DNA of 64,000 nt from Patescibacteria group bacterium (GTDB taxonomy: Bacteria > Patescibacteriota > Minisyncoccia > UBA6257 > 2-01-FULL-56-20). Numbering within the stretch: the stretch's first letter is position 1; each line of letters opens with the position of its first letter. The stretch covers positions 98,284-162,283 of the forward strand of contig JAGXBC010000001.1 in the NCBI GenBank assembly GCA_018971305.1, read 5' to 3'. Below are positions 59,732-64,000 of this stretch, piece by piece. The translations under genes and the position numbers were made by a program. The notes beneath the pieces are model-generated. The model searched no databases. It was not told where the DNA came from and worked only from the letters and a program-made list of their open reading frames with translations.

Positions 59732-61065
59732 TAGAGTGTTACGGCCTTGCGGCCCGTTAATTTTTCCCACCGCCGTATCGCGACCGTAAGATACACCGGC
59801 GATTTTTCCATCATGAAGCAGCGGCGCTTCATCTTGGTCGCGGCGATCAGCGTGCTCCCCGATCCGCAAAACGGTTCAAGGACAAGATCGCCGCGATGCG
59901 TGAGCACTTTCAAATAGGGAATGAGCAGGGGCAGGGGCTTGGTCCCGAAGACGATGTTTTGCCCGCTGTGCTTCGCGTCGTCCGCGACGTGCTCGATGTA
60001 ATCGGTCGGACAAATCTTTTTTCCTTTTTCGTAACTTTCCCACGCCGGTTTTCCGGAGGTCATGAAGAGCGCGTTTTCGTATTCGTTCTGCAGCAGTTCG
60101 TCCTCCTCCGGTTCGAGATTGAGCGCGACGTCGCCGCCGGTGCCTACGACGGCAATGTCGGTTTTATTAAAGAACTTATATTTCGCCGAGAAATTTTGCA
60201 CTCTGTTCGGCACATGCCAGGTGATCGTGTTGCGATAGCGCCAGTGCTTTTCCATGGCGTTCCATATCGTCCGCAAGTTTTTTGGATTTTCAAAAACTAT
60301 TATCGAGAAATCCGGCTTCTGCACTTTCGCCACGGCATCCATCCACCGCTCGGTAAAGTCCGGCGGCAGTTCGTCCGTCCCCAAATACTTCCGGTCCTTC
60401 CTGTAGCCAAACCCTTCGGTAGGCTTGCCGTGCCGCTTGCCGCCGCGCAAATAGTGGAGGATGTAGGGCGGATCGGTAAAACACATGTCGGCCCTCTCGC
60501 CGCCCATGAGCTTCAGCATGTCCGCTTCTATGGTTGAGTCGCCGCACATGGCGCGGCTGCCATCCAGGTCGTACACGTCGCCCTTCTGTATTTCGATGGA
60601 GGCGATGTCCAATTTCTCAAGCTCGCGCTGCAGGTCAAAGACCTCGTGGTTGTCCTCAACCTGAAAGATGTCGTCCAGCTCCTCGCTCGTGAAGCCCAGG
60701 TTTTTCAGAAAACCCTCGTCGAACTCCGCGAGCGCGGCGAAGTCAAACTCGCCGACGTTTTTTGAAAGGCGAATACAGAGTTCTTTTTCGCGCTCAAGGT
60801 CAGGGATATTGACGTAGACGCAAGGAACTTTTTCATATCCCAGTTTCCGATACGCCTTGAGGCGCTGGTGGCCGCCGATCAGAACGTTCTTCCGCTGCGG
60901 CGCGGAGTTCAGGATGAGAGGGTCCACGATGCCGAACCCGACGATGGACTGCTCCAGGTCGGCGAGCCCTTTCGCGTCTATCGTTTTGGGGTTGTACTCG
61001 TTTTCGCGGATGTTCGCGATGGGAACGTATTCAATGTGCAGTTTTTCTTCTAGGATTTTGTCCAT
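59731..61065 (-). CDS. ParB-like nuclease domain fused to an N6-adenine/N4-cytosine DNA methyltransferase.
   Basis: The N-terminus has a ParB/Srx fold (...GGHQRLKA...). The MTase has motif IV TDPPY and motif I FCGSGST. 444 aa. Confidence 0.75.
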   Translation of the reverse strand: MDKILEEKLHIEYVPIANIRENEYNPKTIDAKGLADLEQSIVGFGIVDPLILNSAPQRKNVLIGGHQRLKAYRKLGYEKVPCVYVNIPDLEREKELCIRLSKNVGEFDFAALAEFDEGFLKNLGFTSEELDDIFQVEDNHEVFDLQRELEKLDIASIEIQKGDVYDLDGSRAMCGDSTIEADMLKLMGGERADMCFTDPPYILHYLRGGKRHGKPTEGFGYRKDRKYLGTDELPPDFTERWMDAVAKVQKPDFSIIVFENPKNLRTIWNAMEKHWRYRNTITWHVPNRVQNFSAKYKFFNKTDIAVVGTGGDVALNLEPEEDELLQNEYENALFMTSGKPAWESYEKGKKICPTDYIEHVADDAKHSGQNIVFGTKPLPLLIPYLKVLTHRGDLVLEPFCGSGSTLIAATKMKRRCFMMEKSPVYLTVAIRRWEKLTGRKAVTL

Positions 61066-61224
61066 GGTATTAATAGATTATTTTTTGTCGACATTTTTAT
61101 TTTTATTCAACCATGCACAAATCATCCCGGTGGTTCTTGCTATTTCCTGCTGCCCGCCAAGAGAGCAATAAAAACGGGCCGCATTGGCGGCTCATTTTGC
61201 CTATTCACAAACAACCAGCAAGAA

Positions 61225-61833
61225 TCAGGTTTCTATCACGAGACCCTTGCCGGGCACCGTCCGAATGAGGGGCGATCCATCAGGACGATTGAGGGGAAAT
61301 TTGATCTTCTGTCGCTTGCGCTTGTGCTTCAATGTAGTGAGCGCGTTCGCGATGCGCTGGCGCTGAACCTTTTTGTCCTCCGCGAAACGCCGCCTCCCAT
61401 GGTGTTCAAGATATTCATAAAGGTCATCGTATGATAAAAATCCGCCTGCGTCCGATTCCTGCAAGAGCGCTTTTACGACAAGCACGTAATCCGCCATCGG
61501 ATCAGGGAAGTCGATGAGCTTGCCTCGGGTATAAAAATTATCGTCACGATATTCAAGGAGAGCCTCTTTCGCGTGTATGGTTTTTCCCGTGCCCGCGCGG
61601 ATGGCCCTGATAGAAGCTTCATCTAAATGAACGGGCTTTGAAAGGACGGGGAAGAATTTAATCGGCTTCGGGTTCAACATCTCCTGAAGTCTCTTAGCCC
61701 CTTCATTCAAAGATTTCAAGTGCGGCTCGAGATATACCGTGCTTAGCTCAGCCATTGCCTTTTTACCCTCCGACGTTTGTCGCCATTCGCGGGCCGTCAT
61801 CTGGGATTTACCTTTTTTCTTCATCGCGCGCAT
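61225..61833 (-). CDS. Hypothetical protein (phage-associated).
   Basis: 202-aa ORF. Confidence 0.35.
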   Translation of the reverse strand: MRAMKKKGKSQMTAREWRQTSEGKKAMAELSTVYLEPHLKSLNEGAKRLQEMLNPKPIKFFPVLSKPVHLDEASIRAIRAGTGKTIHAKEALLEYRDDNFYTRGKLIDFPDPMADYVLVVKALLQESDAGGFLSYDDLYEYLEHHGRRRFAEDKKVQRQRIANALTTLKHKRKRQKIKFPLNRPDGSPLIRTVPGKGLVIET

Positions 61834-61916
61834 GTCATAATTTTACCAATGTTCAGGGGTGTATGCCATTTGCGCCAGATCAAGCCCTCATCCAAACATG
61901 CTGCTATAATTTATTC

Positions 61917-62552
61917 ATGATTAAGGCGGTGATTTTTGATATTGACGGCACGCTCCTCGATTCATTTGAATCAAATTTTGAGTTTTATCGGGTGTTGTTA
62001 AGAGCAAGCGGCTATGAGGCTCCGACCCGAGAGGAATTCGCAAAACTTACCCACGCGACCCTGCACGACGCGATCCGGGCGTTTACCGGCGTTTCTGATC
62101 CTGATGAGATAAAGAAAATTTGGGCCGCAGGATATGATGCGGCTTCGAAAGTTCAGGATGCAGTGCTTCTCAAGGGAGCGGTTGAGGCGATTCGGGAACT
62201 CTCCAGGCGCTACGCGCTCGCCATCGCGACGAACCGGAACGCGGTGTATGTCTACGAGCCTCCCCTCGACCAGTTAAAGCCGTATTTCAAGACGAGCGTG
62301 AGCTACGAAGACACGAGGAACCATAAGCCGGACCCGGAGCCATTGCTTCTTGCAGCCACGCAGTTGGGAGCGAAGCCGATAGAGTGCGTCTACGTGGGAG
62401 ATGCGGAAGTCGACTTCCAAGCCGCCCGATCGGCCGGAATGAGATTTATTCTCTGCGGAAACGCCGCGCTCAAAGTAGCTGATGGTTATGCTACCACCCT
62501 TCAAGAGGTGCCCCGAATCCTCAAAACACTGGATAACGCCGATCAAAAGTGA
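61917..62552 (+). CDS. HAD-superfamily hydrolase (phosphatase).
   Basis: MIKAVIFDIDGTLLDS is HAD motif I, followed by motif II/III-like segments. The ORF is open from 61755. Confidence 0.7.
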   Translation: MIKAVIFDIDGTLLDSFESNFEFYRVLLRASGYEAPTREEFAKLTHATLHDAIRAFTGVSDPDEIKKIWAAGYDAASKVQDAVLLKGAVEAIRELSRRYALAIATNRNAVYVYEPPLDQLKPYFKTSVSYEDTRNHKPDPEPLLLAATQLGAKPIECVYVGDAEVDFQAARSAGMRFILCGNAALKVADGYATTLQEVPRILKTLDNADQK

Positions 62553-62568
62553 GCGGCTCGTTTAGAGT

Positions 62569-62743
62569 CCGAAAACCCTTGCTTTTCTTTTGAATGGCAC
62601 AGCGGGATGGCATATGAGAAAGTCACCCTGTGCAGTGCCATTTGTGCCATTTTATGGAATTAAGTCCAGCTCGTGGGGCACCCTACAAGAGAGAAGAAGG
62701 GTGCGATCTTCCAAAACCCTTGTTTTTCCGTTAGAATGAACGC
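62569..62743. repeat. Imperfect ~30-nt direct repeats with an internal palindrome, between HAD and the second recombinase gene. Candidate recombination (att) or regulatory site.
   Basis: 62569-62600 (ccgaaaacccttgcttttcttttgaatggcac) against 62710-62743 (tccaaaacccttgtttttccgttagaatgaacgc). Also an inverted pair aatggcac...gtgccatt at 62593-62650. Confidence 0.4.
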
Positions 62744-62760
62744 TACCGAGGGAGCTGTTT

Positions 62761-64000
62761 TCACTTTTCAAAACGACCCCAAAGGACGCTTGTAAAATCT
62801 CGTTGTGGTATGTTCAGTACCGACACAGCGCACACCGTAGTAAAAGTCAAATCCCCAGACACCGCCGCGCACGGCTCGGCGGCCAGTTCGTATTGTAATT
62901 TGGGGGCAAACGAGAATTCGCGGTTTCGCAAAATATGGTTCGAGCCGATGTTTTTAAGAAATGTTGTCATTGCGTTCGTGTCTCCGCTCTCAACGAGTTT
63001 TGATGCCTGATTGAGCGATAAAACGAACTCGCGGGCCGGTTCGAGCCACGACAGACCCTTGTCGGTAAAATCTTTTATTTTTTCATTGAGTTCGACCTTT
63101 CGGGAAAGCAGCTGCTCTTTCTTCGCGGCGTATTCCGTTTGGGTCAAGGCGTCGGCAAGATATGCGTCGAGAAGTTTGGACAGCTTTGCTTCGATTTTGG
63201 AAACTTCGTTTTTCAATACATCAATCTCGGCTCGCGCCTCATCTCTCGCCTTGTCCTGTTCCGCGTCGAACGCCGCTAATACTTTCTCAGCGTCCTCGCT
63301 CGATAAAGAAACTTTTTCGAGAAATGAAATTATCTGCTCCATTAGCAACTCCTCGCGCAGATAATGTTTTTCTTGGCATACACCGCCTTTCTTCGTGCAG
63401 CGATAATATGCGTGGCCTTTCTGCATTTCGGCGGTGATAGATGAGCCGCACGAGGCGCACTTCAACAAACCAAGAAAAGCGAACTTGTGCTTGCCTGTCT
63501 CTATCTCCTTGCCGCGTTTCGTCCTCACGTCTTGGCATTTATCAAAAAGTTTCTTTGATATCAGCGGTTCGTGCGTCCCTTCAAAGATTTCGCCTCGGTA
63601 TCTCATCAGGCCGACATAGAACGGGTTGGTCAAAATCTTCTGTATGTTGCTAAGCGAGATTTCCTTACCCAGATTGCCGCGCAATCCGTTCGCTTTGCAC
63701 CATAGAACGAGCGCGTGAAGCGTATAGGTGCCCGTTCCGTAAATCTCAAAGAGCTTGCGGACTTTAGGAGCTTTCTCGGTATCAACGTCTATGCCTCGCG
63801 TCTTCGGGTTGTTGAGGTAGCCAATCGGTGCCCAGCTCGGCCATACGCCGTTTCTTAGCTTCTGTCGCAAGCCGCGCTTCACATTCTCTCGAAGATTATC
63901 TACGAAATATTTGCTTTGACCGAACGCGATATTGAGCATAAATAGGCCTTGCGGTGTCGGCTCAAACCAGAACGTCGGGAACTTGAGGGACTTAATCAGG
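62761..64000 (-). CDS. Large serine recombinase, truncated by the window end. The N-terminal catalytic domain lies beyond 64000.
   Basis: The recombinase domain and a zinc-ribbon region (C..C....C..C) followed by a coiled coil. It aligns with the C-terminal two-thirds of the recombinase at 48103-49452. Confidence 0.7.
   Translation of the reverse strand, partial: LIKSLKFPTFWFEPTPQGLFMLNIAFGQSKYFVDNLRENVKRGLRQKLRNGVWPSWAPIGYLNNPKTRGIDVDTEKAPKVRKLFEIYGTGTYTLHALVLWCKANGLRGNLGKEISLSNIQKILTNPFYVGLMRYRGEIFEGTHEPLISKKLFDKCQDVRTKRGKEIETGKHKFAFLGLLKCASCGSSITAEMQKGHAYYRCTKKGGVCQEKHYLREELLMEQIISFLEKVSLSSEDAEKVLAAFDAEQDKARDEARAEIDVLKNEVSKIEAKLSKLLDAYLADALTQTEYAAKKEQLLSRKVELNEKIKDFTDKGLSWLEPAREFVLSLNQASKLVESGDTNAMTTFLKNIGSNHILRNREFSFAPKLQYELAAEPCAAVSGDLTFTTVCAVSVLNIPQRDFTSVLWGRFEK

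Larger units (their letters stand above)
45359..64000. mobile_element. Accessory, mosaic genomic island next to tRNA-Arg. It has two serine recombinases, defence-type cargo and a GC-rich phage fragment.
   Basis: It starts directly 3' of the tRNA. It contains two large serine recombinases, a CD-NTase module, HEPN, GHKL-Dcm-Vsr, terminase and ParB-MTase. GC rises by an estimated ~15 points across 56.9-61.1 kb. No flanking direct repeat was found within the window. Confidence 0.55.

Overview
This is a low-GC (roughly 40-45% by eye) bacterial chromosome segment with small, tightly packed genes, and it looks like a Candidate Phyla Radiation (Patescibacteria)-type genome. That assignment is an inference from gene content and architecture. 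The minus strand carries a 23S-5S rRNA operon with no adjacent 16S. The 23S is split by a ~700-nt group I intron that encodes a LAGLIDADG homing endonuclease. Two odd tRNAs sit directly upstream of the 23S, and a 60-nt inverted repeat encloses the 5S. Housekeeping genes follow: an APH-like kinase, dut, a CCA-adding enzyme, a pheS with a fused anticodon-binding domain, murD, gatC-gatA, ligA, a secreted S1 protease, and tRNA-Pro, tRNA-Met and tRNA-Asp. Positions 25.8-44.7 kb hold a large minus-strand type IV pilus and competence locus. It comprises pilM-pilN-pilO, a small membrane protein, pilB-pilT-pilC, two tandem pilA paralogs, pilD, three minor pilins, a lipoprotein, a membrane protein, a 1115-aa repeat adhesin, and a divergent comFC. 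From tRNA-Arg(GCG) at 45.3 kb to the window end lies an accessory, mosaic island punctuated by two large serine recombinases. It contains (i) a compact module of a 2TM protein plus two paralogous cGAS/DncV/OAS-like nucleotidyltransferases, which is the most interesting candidate for an undescribed signalling or defence system. It also contains (ii) an overlapping HEPN-protein pair, (iii) a five-gene overlapping cassette with a MORC-like GHKL ATPase, a Dcm C5-methylase and Vsr plus two unknown proteins, (iv) a GC-rich phage fragment (TerS, TerL, ParB-DNA methyltransferase fusion, XRE regulator) and (v) a HAD hydrolase. All calls rest on reading the ORF translations for motifs and folding the RNA by hand; no database searches were run.
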